From a virus (taxonomy: Duplodnaviria > Caudoviricetes), in IMG/VR virus record IMGVR_UViG_3300037483_000243, positions 1-49,908 of that record: a stretch of 49,908 nucleotides of DNA, one strand, 5' to 3'. A program made the translations under genes and the position numbers. This document shows, piece by piece, positions 1 through 8,309 of this stretch (the stretch's first letter is position 1; every line of letters begins with the position of its first letter). The notes beneath the pieces were generated by a model. It was not told the origin of the DNA. It worked only from the letters and a program-made list of their open reading frames with translations, and did no database searches.

Positions 1-352
1 TGGCCGCCAGAATACTGAGTGAACGGCCGAGGATGTAACTCCCGAGTGCGGTCGAGGGCATCGCGCTTCCCGCCGCCCCACCGGTCAACTTGGTGCCCGG
101 CACGATGGCACTATGCGTGGTGGCACTAACCCGCACTTTCGAGACGCCGAACCCCATCACGCTGGCAGCCGTCCCAGAACTGGGCCGATCCTGCAAGACC
201 CCGAGACAGAAGTTGGTGACTGCCGTAGTCACCGTGATGGTAGGGGTCGCGGCCGTAGTCGGCTTGACGACGAGGAACTGATCCGTCGCGTCGTTGTAGT
301 CCCCGGCGGCAACGAACTCCCCAAGGAGGACTACCGGATATTCGAAGGCCAT
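1..352 (-). CDS. Capsid cement/decoration protein (DUF2190-like), 3'-truncated by window edge
   Basis: Not in ORF track. Manual translation from ATG at 352: MAFEYPVVLLGEFVAAGDY...LGVLQDRPSSGTAASVMGFGVSKV...GSYILGRSL, open to base 1. GVLQ..P / G.SKV pattern and position between scaffold and major capsid gene. Confidence 0.7.
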   Translation of the reverse strand, partial: MAFEYPVVLLGEFVAAGDYNDATDQFLVVKPTTAATPTITVTTAVTNFCLGVLQDRPSSGTAASVMGFGVSKVRVSATTHSAIVPGTKLTGGAAGSAMPSTALGSYILGRSLSILAA

Positions 353-354
353 CG

Positions 355-1077
355 TCAGTTCCCCCCTTCAGCCGAGTAGGAACCCCGGCGATGCGCGTCA
401 TACAGTTCAGGGTTCTGCTCCAGCGCCTTCACATACGCCTGTTCCGGCGTGAGCTTCTTGTCCTCGGCCTGGAATTGCTTGGCGAGCGTGGCCATCTTGG
501 CACTGAACTCCAAGCCGTCCCCGTCGCCATTGCCGCCGATCTCTTTCAGGAGATTCGACTGGCGCAACTGCTCGGCGATGGCCCGCTGCTTCACCAGATA
601 CGCCTCAAACGCCTTGGTATCCAGCGCCTTGGCGATGGCCCGGAGCTGGGGCACCGATTCTGCCGCTGGCCCCAGGTGCGGGACCGACTTGGCGATCTCG
701 GTGAATCGCTCGATCTCGCGCTCCTCGGCCAACTTGCCGATCTGGTCGGTCGCGCTGATGAGTTGCTTCTGGAGCGCCGTCACCGCTTCGCCGGCTTCCT
801 TCGCCACCTGCTCGGCCGTCTTTTTCCCCTGCTCGGCCTTGGCGATCTCGGCCGCCTTGTCCTTTTCTGCCTTCGCCGTCGCGGCGTCGGCGTCCGTCTT
901 GGCCTTGGTCAACTCGGCAACCTGCTTCTCCAGGTCCGCGAGCCGCTTGGCCTCCGGCGTCTCTTTGTCTGCCATGTCTCCGTCCCTCTTGAACAGGTTG
1001 ACGAACGCCTCTTGGTTCGCCCCGGCATCCACCAACGCGACGCGCCGGATCGTCAGTTTTCGTAGGATCGTGGCCAT
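355..1077 (-). CDS. Capsid scaffolding protein (coiled coil) with N-terminal protease-like strand segment
   Basis: K/E/A-rich coiled coil; C-terminal 'EQAYVKALEQNPELY' typical of scaffolds; N-terminal RRVALVDAGAN resembles the (E)VSLVD.PAN motif of prohead proteases. Confidence 0.75.
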   Translation of the reverse strand: MATILRKLTIRRVALVDAGANQEAFVNLFKRDGDMADKETPEAKRLADLEKQVAELTKAKTDADAATAKAEKDKAAEIAKAEQGKKTAEQVAKEAGEAVTALQKQLISATDQIGKLAEEREIERFTEIAKSVPHLGPAAESVPQLRAIAKALDTKAFEAYLVKQRAIAEQLRQSNLLKEIGGNGDGDGLEFSAKMATLAKQFQAEDKKLTPEQAYVKALEQNPELYDAHRRGSYSAEGGN

Positions 1078-1556
1078 TAGACCTCCACCCGCTCGGCCAT
1101 GCCCTCAATCGAGAACATCTTGAGTGTCCCCGCCTTCACCTTCTGGAACGTGTCGGGGTCCACCTTGAAGCCCCCCCACCACCCAGCGGGGATAGCATCC
1201 GACTTCAGCCCCATCGCCGTCAGCTTTTCCGGGGTGACCACGAAGGACTCGACCAGGTGGCCCTTGGTGATCCGACTATGCATCTCGTCGGCTTCGCGGA
1301 AATTCAGGACGAACTCGTAGGCCGCCGCTTCCAACTCGGCGGGCTCGATGATGTCGCCCTGCTTGTCGATGAGGGGATCGCCTGATTTCTGGACGGCGAC
1401 GGAGAACCACCCAAAGACAAGGTTCTGATCCGCGTCCAGCTTGGCGACTTCGCCGTGCATCTGGCGTTCCATCGCCGCGCAATAGGCGTCGGGATCGGCC
1501 TTGTCTTTGTTGGCGACCACGCACGCGGCGTGGTCTTTATACCGGCCAAGCGGCAA
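1077..1556 (-). CDS. XkdF-like prohead serine protease
   Basis: LVFGW, D.QGD.I...ELE.AAYEF, EMH, LVESF, GWW.GFKV, G.LKMFSIEG motifs; TTG start with GGGGGAG RBS. Confidence 0.8.
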   Translation of the reverse strand: MPLGRYKDHAACVVANKDKADPDAYCAAMERQMHGEVAKLDADQNLVFGWFSVAVQKSGDPLIDKQGDIIEPAELEAAAYEFVLNFREADEMHSRITKGHLVESFVVTPEKLTAMGLKSDAIPAGWWGGFKVDPDTFQKVKAGTLKMFSIEGMAERVEV

Positions 1557-1594
1557 CCGTCACTCCCCCAGTGGGTTGGGGAAGGAGTAGGGTT

Positions 1595-1602
1595 TGTTGC
1601 CC
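1595..1602 (-). promoter_or_regulatory. GGGCAACA candidate late-promoter motif upstream of protease/capsid/tail genes
   Basis: Same 8-mer occurs in the intergenic gaps at 4643-4664 (twice) and 18230-18237. Confidence 0.5.
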
Positions 1603-1618
1603 TTGCCCGGCTACTTTT

Positions 1619-2602
1619 TCAGGAAAATCGGAGAATGACCGTGCAGCGACATTGCGGGTGGGCCGGCGGGGTCATGAGGGTCTGGCCATCATCCAGGGTA
1701 AATGGCTGGTCGAGTCCTACCCGAACTCCACTCATCGGCTGGCATATCTCGCAGAGCCGAATATCCGGGGTCGTAATCCATTCCCGCTGGACTGTTTCAT
1801 CCACGAGTCCGACCGTCCGGGCCTGTTCCCAGAGGAGTTGCTGACCGCGGTTGCTCGCCGTCATGCTTTCTGTCCGAGCAATGGTTTCGCTCCGCTGGCG
1901 TAACAGGCGGTCGGCATAGCGGCCCACGTTGGCATCAATCACGGCCGCCGTCTTGATTTGCTGCTCCGCCCAGAACGCCCGGCGTTGCGGGGATAACCCG
2001 CTGGTGGCATCCCGGGCGATGGTCGCTAACTCCCGGCGCTGCTCCAACATGCGGCGGAGATTATCCACCGCTATCGCCTGCCGGCGGGTCAACCCGATGA
2101 TGGCCCGGATTTCCCGTGCGGCCCGGTCCGGCCCCATCGTCGGATCCTGGTAGAGCCGCACGAGGATAAGCCGGATGGCCGCCCGGGTTTCCTCAGAGAC
2201 TCCGGTTACGAGATTGGCGGCGTGGGTTTCCGCCCACCGCACGGCTTGCTGGTTGGTGAGCTGGAAGGAAAAGCCGACCTGCCCCAGCGTCTCTCGATCC
2301 GCCTTGTGAACCGGCAGGAGGCTGGCGTGGCGTTCCGCAGCATGGCCCGCCGTAGCGCCGATGATACCCACCAGCCGGGTGTACAGCGGGTTCAGGACGG
2401 TGCGCCAACGTTGGTGGTCGAGGATCTGGGCTTCCCAGCGGTCGGCAAAGAATCGGGCCAACTCGGGGAGATTCAGGAGGCGGCGGGCTTCCAGAAAGGC
2501 GGTGCGGATGGTGCGGGCGATGTCGGGCTCGGCCTCATCCGCGATGGTATGGGTGAGGGTGAAGGCTTTGGGCTTGGTGGTGCGGACCAGGGCTCGCATC
2601 AT
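1619..2602 (-). CDS. Head morphogenesis protein (Mu gpF / SPP1 gp7 family)
   Basis: ETIARTE, WITTPD.R.CEIC and PPAHPQCRC motifs. Confidence 0.88.
   Translation of the reverse strand: MMRALVRTTKPKAFTLTHTIADEAEPDIARTIRTAFLEARRLLNLPELARFFADRWEAQILDHQRWRTVLNPLYTRLVGIIGATAGHAAERHASLLPVHKADRETLGQVGFSFQLTNQQAVRWAETHAANLVTGVSEETRAAIRLILVRLYQDPTMGPDRAAREIRAIIGLTRRQAIAVDNLRRMLEQRRELATIARDATSGLSPQRRAFWAEQQIKTAAVIDANVGRYADRLLRQRSETIARTESMTASNRGQQLLWEQARTVGLVDETVQREWITTPDIRLCEICQPMSGVRVGLDQPFTLDDGQTLMTPPAHPQCRCTVILRFS
2480..2598. repeat. 119-bp direct repeat copy 1 (5' end of head morphogenesis gene)
   Basis: Matches 2851-2969 with 2 substitutions, both synonymous in the gene frame. Confidence 0.95.
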
Positions 2603-2772
2603 GCCGAGAGTGCGCCCACTCCCAAACTAAGAACGATGATCGCCCCGCCTGTGACCCATCCGAAGGCACCGACAGCCACCCCGATGGCAAGTGCCAAGCC
2701 GATGAAGATTACGACCACTTCCCGGTCAACCGGGGTACGATAGACCCAATCGGGCACTACCCTCTTAGCCAT
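2599..2772 (-). CDS. Small two-helix membrane protein
   Basis: MAKRVVPDWVY... followed by about 35 hydrophobic residues; GGAGG RBS; ATGA overlap with the head morphogenesis gene. Confidence 0.6.
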   Translation of the reverse strand: MAKRVVPDWVYRTPVDREVVVIFIGLALAIGVAVGAFGWVTGGAIIVLSLGVGALSA

Positions 2773-2801
2773 TGTCCCTCCACAAGTCGGCGTTTCCACT
2801 G
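2757..2801 (-). pseudogene. Diverged second copy of the pseI/neuB 3' end
   Basis: Translates QWKRRLVEGQWLRG* versus QWKRRVIDGQWLRG* at 3152-3196. Confidence 0.85.
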
Positions 2802-2802
2802 G

Positions 2803-2851
2803 GGCTCATTCACGAACGCGCTCATGCTGATCGAGCACGCCAAGGTTGCTG
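2803..2851. repeat. 49-bp perfect inverted copy of 3880-3928 (internal pseI segment)
   Basis: ggctcattcacgaacgcg...caaggttgctg is the exact reverse complement of 3880-3928. Confidence 0.95.
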
Positions 2852-2970
2852 CGGCGGGCTTCCAGAAAGGCGGTGCGGATGGTGCGGGCGATGTCGGGCT
2901 CGGCCTCATCCGCGATGGTATGGGTGAGGGTGAAGGCCTTGGGCTTGGTGGTGCGGACTAGGGCTCGCAC
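2851..2970 (-). pseudogene. Truncated duplicate of head morphogenesis gene 5' end (repeat copy 2)
   Basis: GTG-RALVRTTKPKAFTLTHTIADEAEPDIARTIRTAFLEARR, then breaks into the inverted pseI fragment. Confidence 0.85.
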
Positions 2971-2972
2971 GG

Positions 2973-3155
2973 CTACTGAGGTGGAGTATCCGGCAAGCCG
3001 AATTCTGACCAAGGGCACGTTTCTTCGTCTAGTTGACCGTTTCGTACACCAGAGAATATCCCGAAAACCCCGCAATCCGCCACCAACTCCACTTCGGTTC
3101 CCGGATCAAACCATCCATCGGGTGGGGCGATGAGTTTCTGTGGGCGTGGCGTCAT
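2973..3155 (-). CDS. Small hypothetical protein
   Basis: ATG overlaps pseI stop (ATGA); MTPRPQKLIAPPDGWFDPGTEVEL...DEETCPWSEF. Confidence 0.6.
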   Translation of the reverse strand: MTPRPQKLIAPPDGWFDPGTEVELVADCGVFGIFSGVRNGQLDEETCPWSEFGLPDTPPQ

Positions 3156-3994
3156 CCTCGCAACCACTGACCGTCAATCACGCGCCGTTTCCACTGGCGG
3201 CTCTCCTGTTCCACGTCCTCGGTGGGTTCCCGCATGGCTGCTTCCGTGTCGCGCACCGCCTGTACCATTGCGGCAAACTCATCCGGCGTCAAGGCGAAGC
3301 CGCTGTCCGGGGTCTCAACGTTGGGTAACCGGATGTGCTTTTCGATGACCCGGGCACCGTAGGCAGTAGCGACGATGGGCGGGATGAGAGACTTGGAGTG
3401 ATCAGACAAACCCCCCATCCCCTTCAAGGTACTGAGATGCATGGATTTCACGTCGGCGGGATACGCGGCGACACAATGAAGCCAGATGCGCTTCCAGCCC
3501 GGGACATGATCGGCGGCGTTACCAATCTCGCGCGGGTCCGCCATACCGGTTGAGAGAATCACCGTCTTTCCAGTATCACTCGCCTTCTGAATCAACTCCA
3601 GCCACCCGATTTCCGCGCTCGGGATCTTGAACGCGCACACGTCCAGTCCCATCAGGAAATCCACGCCTTCCAGACTCAGGACGCTACTGAACGGCACCAG
3701 CTCGAGACTCCGGGCGTGGCCGAACAACTTAGGGAACCACGAGCGGGGCGTCATCGTCTCGCTGTAGAGCTGCCGGAGCGTCTTGCCCGCCCACGGGCCC
3801 GCGGTCAATGTGGGGCCTTCCCGGCCGACGCCCACCATGTCATCCGGGGTGAACAACTGGAATTTGACGGCATCAGCACCAGCAACCTTGGCGTGCTCGA
3901 TCAGCATGAGCGCGTTCGTGAATGAGCCGCCGTGACTGCAACTCACTTCCGCAACGATGGTCACGCCGTCGGGCTTCAGGAGACTTTCCGGCAT
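3152..3994 (-). CDS. pseI: Nonulosonic (pseudaminic/sialic) acid synthase, PseI/NeuB family, lacking C-terminal SAF domain
   Basis: IVAEVSCSHGG, AGADAVKFQ, FKIPSAEI, ILSTGMA, LHCVAAYP, GLSDHS, IEKH, PDSGFAL motifs; GGAGG RBS before ATG 3994. Confidence 0.9.
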   Translation of the reverse strand: MPESLLKPDGVTIVAEVSCSHGGSFTNALMLIEHAKVAGADAVKFQLFTPDDMVGVGREGPTLTAGPWAGKTLRQLYSETMTPRSWFPKLFGHARSLELVPFSSVLSLEGVDFLMGLDVCAFKIPSAEIGWLELIQKASDTGKTVILSTGMADPREIGNAADHVPGWKRIWLHCVAAYPADVKSMHLSTLKGMGGLSDHSKSLIPPIVATAYGARVIEKHIRLPNVETPDSGFALTPDEFAAMVQAVRDTEAAMREPTEDVEQESRQWKRRVIDGQWLRG

Positions 3995-4626
3995 TCGACC
4001 GATACCTCCCATTCCGTCCCGTCCGCTTCCTGTATCCGCAGCCCGTAGCCAGGGAAGCTCCGCGCCCGCAAGATGTCCAGTACCCGCCTGACCGGTAACC
4101 GCGTCTCCGGGGATGCCCGCACTAACTCAAGGTCCTCCTTTCGGTAGGTGGTCCCTGGTCCGCGTTGCGGCACCCCCGGAGACTGATTCACTACCGCCAG
4201 CCAGTTGTCCCGAAATAGCGCAAAGCCCACATCCTCCAGCTTCCGGTACAGCGTCCCCGCCGTGTCCCAGGGCTCTACCGTGACTCGCGCTTGGGCCAGG
4301 ATCGGCCCGGTATCAATCCCCTGGTCCATCCAGTGCAGCGTCACCCCGGCCGGTGAGCCATCGAGGATCGGCCAGACGTTCGGAAACCGGCCCCGATTCC
4401 ACGGTAGGTAGCCCGTATGGAGGTTGACGATGGGCAGGCCGACCAGGAGCGGTCCCGGGACGCGGTGGACGTACCCACAGGACACGCCCAGTTCCCAGCC
4501 GTCCGTGGTGTCCAGCTTGGTGCTGATCGGGGCGGAGAGCGTCACCGGCTGCGTCGAGAGCCAGTGATAGACCCGGCCAGCCAATTGGTTCGCTCCCGGC
4601 TCCGGCCCCAGAAACAAGACACGCAT
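3976..4626 (-). CDS. Sugar N-formyltransferase (formyl_trans_N)
   Basis: NLHTGYLPWNRG.FPNVW, GVTLHWMDQGIDTGPILAQ, C-terminal LRARSFPGY. Confidence 0.88.
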   Translation of the reverse strand: MRVLFLGPEPGANQLAGRVYHWLSTQPVTLSAPISTKLDTTDGWELGVSCGYVHRVPGPLLVGLPIVNLHTGYLPWNRGRFPNVWPILDGSPAGVTLHWMDQGIDTGPILAQARVTVEPWDTAGTLYRKLEDVGFALFRDNWLAVVNQSPGVPQRGPGTTYRKEDLELVRASPETRLPVRRVLDILRARSFPGYGLRIQEADGTEWEVSVECRKVS

Positions 4627-4642
4627 GACCCCACGGTTCACC

Positions 4643-4664
4643 TGTTGCCCATCAATGGGCAACA
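4643..4664. promoter_or_regulatory. Palindrome TGTTGCCCAT-ca-ATGGGCAACA in the 55-bp divergent gap; bidirectional control site
   Basis: 10-bp perfect arms; each half places GGGCAACA 16-17 nt before the ATG of the divergent genes. Confidence 0.7.
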
Positions 4665-4681
4665 CCTCAACCCTCTAGTCC

Positions 4682-5566
4682 ATGCTCAAGGGAAAGACGG
4701 TCCTCGTGACCGGTGCCACCGGGACCTTCGGGCAGGCGTTCACCCGGTACGCGCTCAATCACGATGTAGCCAAGCTCCGCCTCCTGTCCCGGGATGAGGC
4801 CAAGCAAGCCGCCGCCGCCGAAACCCTCACCGATCCCCGTATCCGCTGGCTCTTAGGGGATGTGCGGGACCGGGACCGGCTGGATATGGCCATGCGGGGT
4901 TGCGACCTCGTGATCCACGCCGCCGCCTTGAAGCGAATCGAGAAGTGCGAATACGACCCCCTGGAGGCCATCCATACCAACATCGAGGGCACGGCCAACG
5001 TGGTGCGGGTGGCCGTCCAGCATCAGGTCCGGCTCATCTTCCTGTCCACCGACAAAGCCTGTAATCCCATCACGCATTACGGCGTGACGAAGGCGGCGGC
5101 CGAGAAGATCGTCCTCCACGGGAACGCCTACCTCGGCGGGCCGCCCCTTTTTTCGGTAGTCCGGTACGGCAACGTGGCCAATAGTCGCGGATCGGTCATT
5201 CCGCTGTGGCAGCGGTTGGCCCGGGAAGGCAAACGACTGCCGGTCACCGATGTCCGCTCAACGCGCTTCTGGATCACGGTGGAGCAGGCGGTGTTGTTCG
5301 TCGCCAACACGCTGGCGATGCCCGGGGGCCGACTCTACGTCCCGGGCTTCATGCCGAGTTACAAGATCGTAGACCTGGCCTTGGCGATTCAGGGAGCGAA
5401 CGGCCCACCATTCACTATCACCGGACCGCGAGGCGTGGAGAAGGTGCACGAGGATCTGGTGGCGGCGCATGAGACGGTGGTAGGCATGATCGGGCCGTAC
5501 CGGAGCGACATGAACACGAAATGGCTTGATGCCAAGGCGCTACTTGTGGCGCTGGAGGGGTTATGA
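4682..5566 (+). CDS. pseB: UDP-N-acetylglucosamine 4,6-dehydratase (PseB/FlaA1-like)
   Basis: VTGATGTFG, SRDEAKQ, GDVRD, HAAALK, EYDPLEAIHTN, STDKA.NP..YG.TK, VRYGNV..SRGSVIP, TRFWIT, G.RG.EK.HE. Confidence 0.92.
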   Translation: MLKGKTVLVTGATGTFGQAFTRYALNHDVAKLRLLSRDEAKQAAAAETLTDPRIRWLLGDVRDRDRLDMAMRGCDLVIHAAALKRIEKCEYDPLEAIHTNIEGTANVVRVAVQHQVRLIFLSTDKACNPITHYGVTKAAAEKIVLHGNAYLGGPPLFSVVRYGNVANSRGSVIPLWQRLAREGKRLPVTDVRSTRFWITVEQAVLFVANTLAMPGGRLYVPGFMPSYKIVDLALAIQGANGPPFTITGPRGVEKVHEDLVAAHETVVGMIGPYRSDMNTKWLDAKALLVALEGL

Positions 5567-5754
5567 GGACCGTTACACTGCGACTACTAGTAGTTGTCCT
5601 CGGGATACCGTTCTGTGCGCTCTCGATCGCTACTCTCGTCCTGCTGTTCTGGGTTAGCCCGTTGGTGTGGATTGTGGACGGCCGTCCGTGGTTGTCCCGG
5701 CGATTTATGGACTGGACGGACACATTCGTAGCCCGAATACTAGAAAATACATGA
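5563..5754 (+). CDS. Small membrane protein
   Basis: Long hydrophobic N-terminus; ATGA-coupled on both sides within the sugar operon. Confidence 0.6.
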   Translation: MRTVTLRLLVVVLGIPFCALSIATLVLLFWVSPLVWIVDGRPWLSRRFMDWTDTFVARILENT

Positions 5755-6797
5755 TTCCCTACACCCGTCACACCATCACGGCCGAGGATGAGGCGGCGGT
5801 CCTCCGGGCCTTGCGGTCCGGCTACCTCACGCAAGGACCGGAAGTCGAAGCCTTCGAGGACGAGCTAGCGGAGTTTGCGGGAGCCCGGTACGCCGTGGCG
5901 GTGAACTCGGGCACGGCGGCGCTGCATCTGGCCTACCTTGCGGCTGGCTTCGGACCGGACAAGGTGGCTGTCATGCCCGCCATCTCATTTGTGGCCACAG
6001 CGAACGCGGCGCTCCACTGTGGCGCGCATATCGAGTTTGTGGACTTCACAGGGGAAACGGTTGAGACATGGGAACACATCTTCAAGACGCTCGGAACTGA
6101 ACAAACGGAAGGGCGCGTAGCTTTGGTCCCCGTCACGTTGGGCGGTGAACCCCGCTTCTGGGATTGGGGGACGGCTGGCCCCGTCATCGTAGATGCCTGT
6201 CACGGACCCATGCACTACTGGTGTGGAATGGTTGCCCCCACGGCGATGGCGTTTTCGTTTCACCCGGCGAAGTTTCTTGCCGCCGGGGAAGGTGGGGCCA
6301 TCGTCACCAATGACCCGCAGATCGCCGAGCGGTGCCGGTTGCTCCGCTCTCACGGCCGGCTGGGCAGCAGCATGGTGGCGCTCGGCTACAACTACCGGAT
6401 GCCCGAACTAAGCGCCGCGCTGGCCCGGTCCCAACTCACCCGCGTTATGGAAGGCGTCAAGCGACGGCGGCAAATCGCCTCATGGTATGACGAGAGCTTT
6501 TGTGAAACCGCCGCCATTGAGCCCCGGTCCCCGGACTCCTGGGTCCATCTCTACCGGCTTCGGCATCCTGACCGTGACGCCTTCCGGGAACGGCTGGCTG
6601 CTCGTGGTGTGGGGACGGCGGTTCACTATCCCGTTATCCCGCTCCAGCCGTATTACCGGGACCGCTTCGGCTACGAGCCCGGCATGTGGCCGAACGCCGA
6701 GAAGTATGCCGCCGAGACGGTGAGCATCCCGATGTTCCCCACATTGACCGAACAGGAAATCAGCACGGTGCTTCAGGCCGTGGAGGAGTGCGCGTGA
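5751..6797 (+). CDS. pseC: PLP-dependent sugar 4-aminotransferase (PseC; DegT/DnrJ/EryC1/StrS family)
   Basis: MIPY.RH.I, LTQGPEV..FE, VNSGTAALH, VDACH, FSFHPAK...GEGG, LGYNYRM, VHY. Confidence 0.9.
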   Translation: MIPYTRHTITAEDEAAVLRALRSGYLTQGPEVEAFEDELAEFAGARYAVAVNSGTAALHLAYLAAGFGPDKVAVMPAISFVATANAALHCGAHIEFVDFTGETVETWEHIFKTLGTEQTEGRVALVPVTLGGEPRFWDWGTAGPVIVDACHGPMHYWCGMVAPTAMAFSFHPAKFLAAGEGGAIVTNDPQIAERCRLLRSHGRLGSSMVALGYNYRMPELSAALARSQLTRVMEGVKRRRQIASWYDESFCETAAIEPRSPDSWVHLYRLRHPDRDAFRERLAARGVGTAVHYPVIPLQPYYRDRFGYEPGMWPNAEKYAAETVSIPMFPTLTEQEISTVLQAVEECA

Positions 6798-7606
6798 GGC
6801 TCCTGCTGACCGGTGGTGGCGGCGCGGGCACGGTGCCCCTCTGGGAGTACTGGCGAGCCCAGCTCCATGACGTCTGGGTGGCCGACGCCAACCCCGAGGC
6901 GATTGATCCGCTCATTCCTCCGCGCTACCGGGTGCCCATCCCACTGGCCAGTGATCCGGCCTACTGTACCACGCTGCTAGAGCTGGTGCGCGAGTGGGGC
7001 ATCGGGTTGGTGATCCCCACAGTAGACGAGGAGTTGCCGATCATCGAACGGCTCCGGCTCTTTGAGGGGGTGAAGCTCCTCCTTCCCGATCAGTGGTTTG
7101 TCTCGGTCATGCTGGACAAGTTCGGCTCGATCCGGTGTCTCCGGGAGCGAGGCATTCCGGTCCCCCATACCACGCTGACCAAGCCCCGCTATGGCCGCGG
7201 TTCGCGGGACGTGGTGGTGGAGCAGGATGTGCTCCACGGGCAAGAGTACACGGTGCAGATGATGGCCGATCAGTTCAAGAACCTGCGGGCCGTCGTGCCG
7301 GTCAAGGTGGCGCGGAAACGCGGCATCACACTAGACGGGGTGACCGATGATAACCCCCGCGTGGTGGCGGCCTGTGAAGCGATTCACCGAGCCGTGCCGA
7401 CCAGTGGGACGTACAACATTCAGGGCGTGGATACGGGGACCGCGTTCCTGCCCTTCGAGATCAATCCCCGGTTGAGCACGACGACCTGTCTGGCGGTGCA
7501 AGCGGGAGCCGATCCGCTGGCTATCTGGAATGGGGAAGGCATGGGACGGGCTCGGCATACGGTTGGACTGACACTACGGCGGTACTGGAGGACGGTGATC
7601 GCATGA
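6794..7606 (+). CDS. ATP-grasp ligase (sugar-pathway type, shortened lid domain)
   Basis: LLTGGGG, IPTVDEEL, DKF, KPRYGRGS, GQEYTV, NIQ, FEINPRLS; GTG start overlaps pseC stop. Confidence 0.82.
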   Translation: MRLLLTGGGGAGTVPLWEYWRAQLHDVWVADANPEAIDPLIPPRYRVPIPLASDPAYCTTLLELVREWGIGLVIPTVDEELPIIERLRLFEGVKLLLPDQWFVSVMLDKFGSIRCLRERGIPVPHTTLTKPRYGRGSRDVVVEQDVLHGQEYTVQMMADQFKNLRAVVPVKVARKRGITLDGVTDDNPRVVAACEAIHRAVPTSGTYNIQGVDTGTAFLPFEINPRLSTTTCLAVQAGADPLAIWNGEGMGRARHTVGLTLRRYWRTVIA

Positions 7607-7743
7607 TCTCAATCAACTGGCTCCCTCTAGCGATGGCCATAGGCGCAGCGGCGGCGCTCATAGCCGTCTGGATCGCCGACAGGCTATTCCCGCGAGAACA
7701 TCACAAGCGGCAAGGCTTCCGTCCGAGTCGGCCGCCCCAATGA
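7603..7743 (+). CDS. 46-aa single-pass membrane peptide
   Basis: Not in ORF track; MISINWLPLAMAIGAAAALIAVWIADRLFPREHHKRQGFRPSRPPQ*, ATGA overlaps on both sides. Confidence 0.6.
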   Translation: MISINWLPLAMAIGAAAALIAVWIADRLFPREHHKRQGFRPSRPPQ

Positions 7744-8309
7744 TCTACCTCACCGGGGCCTCGGGCTATCTGGGCCAGCACATCATGCGGCTCGGCGGGG
7801 ACGACGTGGTGCCGGTCCCTCGGGATCGGTACGACATGGTGAAGGGACACTGTGTGATCCATGCGGGGTGGCCGACACCAGCAACGCTAGAACAAGCCCA
7901 AGAGCTTGCGCCACACGCCACCGCATGTATCGCAAGCGGAACCCTATTCCGTGCTGGTCCGAGTTTCGTGCTCTTTGTAAGTACTCGATCAGAGGGAACA
8001 GCTTACCGTGAGTTCAAAGACGTGACCGTAAATAGACTCAGGGCGCGACTCGTAAATCACCATGTCGTCCGCTTCCCCGGCCTCTACGGTCCCCCGCGGC
8101 GCTCCGGCCTCATGTACTCCATGTTCGCCCACGCCCTGCGCGGTGAGACGTTTCTACCGGATCATCCGTTGCCCGACTGGACGGGCATGCGGGTGGAGAA
8201 GGCCGCGCAACTCTGTCTCGACTTGGCCCGCGCCGAGCAGCCGGGCCTCACCATTGCGAGAGATGAGGAGTTTGAGGAATGGCTGACGTTCTGCCGCGCA
8301 TCCTTGTAA
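7740..8309 (+). CDS. Short NAD(P)-dependent epimerase/reductase (SDR-like)
   Basis: IYLTGASGYLG, IHAG, FVST, Y...K (YREFK), RFPGLYGP; only 189 aa. Confidence 0.7.
   Translation: MIYLTGASGYLGQHIMRLGGDDVVPVPRDRYDMVKGHCVIHAGWPTPATLEQAQELAPHATACIASGTLFRAGPSFVLFVSTRSEGTAYREFKDVTVNRLRARLVNHHVVRFPGLYGPPRRSGLMYSMFAHALRGETFLPDHPLPDWTGMRVEKAAQLCLDLARAEQPGLTIARDEEFEEWLTFCRASL

Noticed and set aside
2480-2969. Diversity-generating retroelement TR/VR pair
   Set aside because: No reverse transcriptase; only two synonymous differences, not adenine-directional; the repeat is at a gene 5' end.
2803-3928. Invertible (phase-variable) segment between the 49-bp inverted repeats
   Set aside because: Inversion would break pseI without making a sensible alternative gene, and no invertase is nearby.
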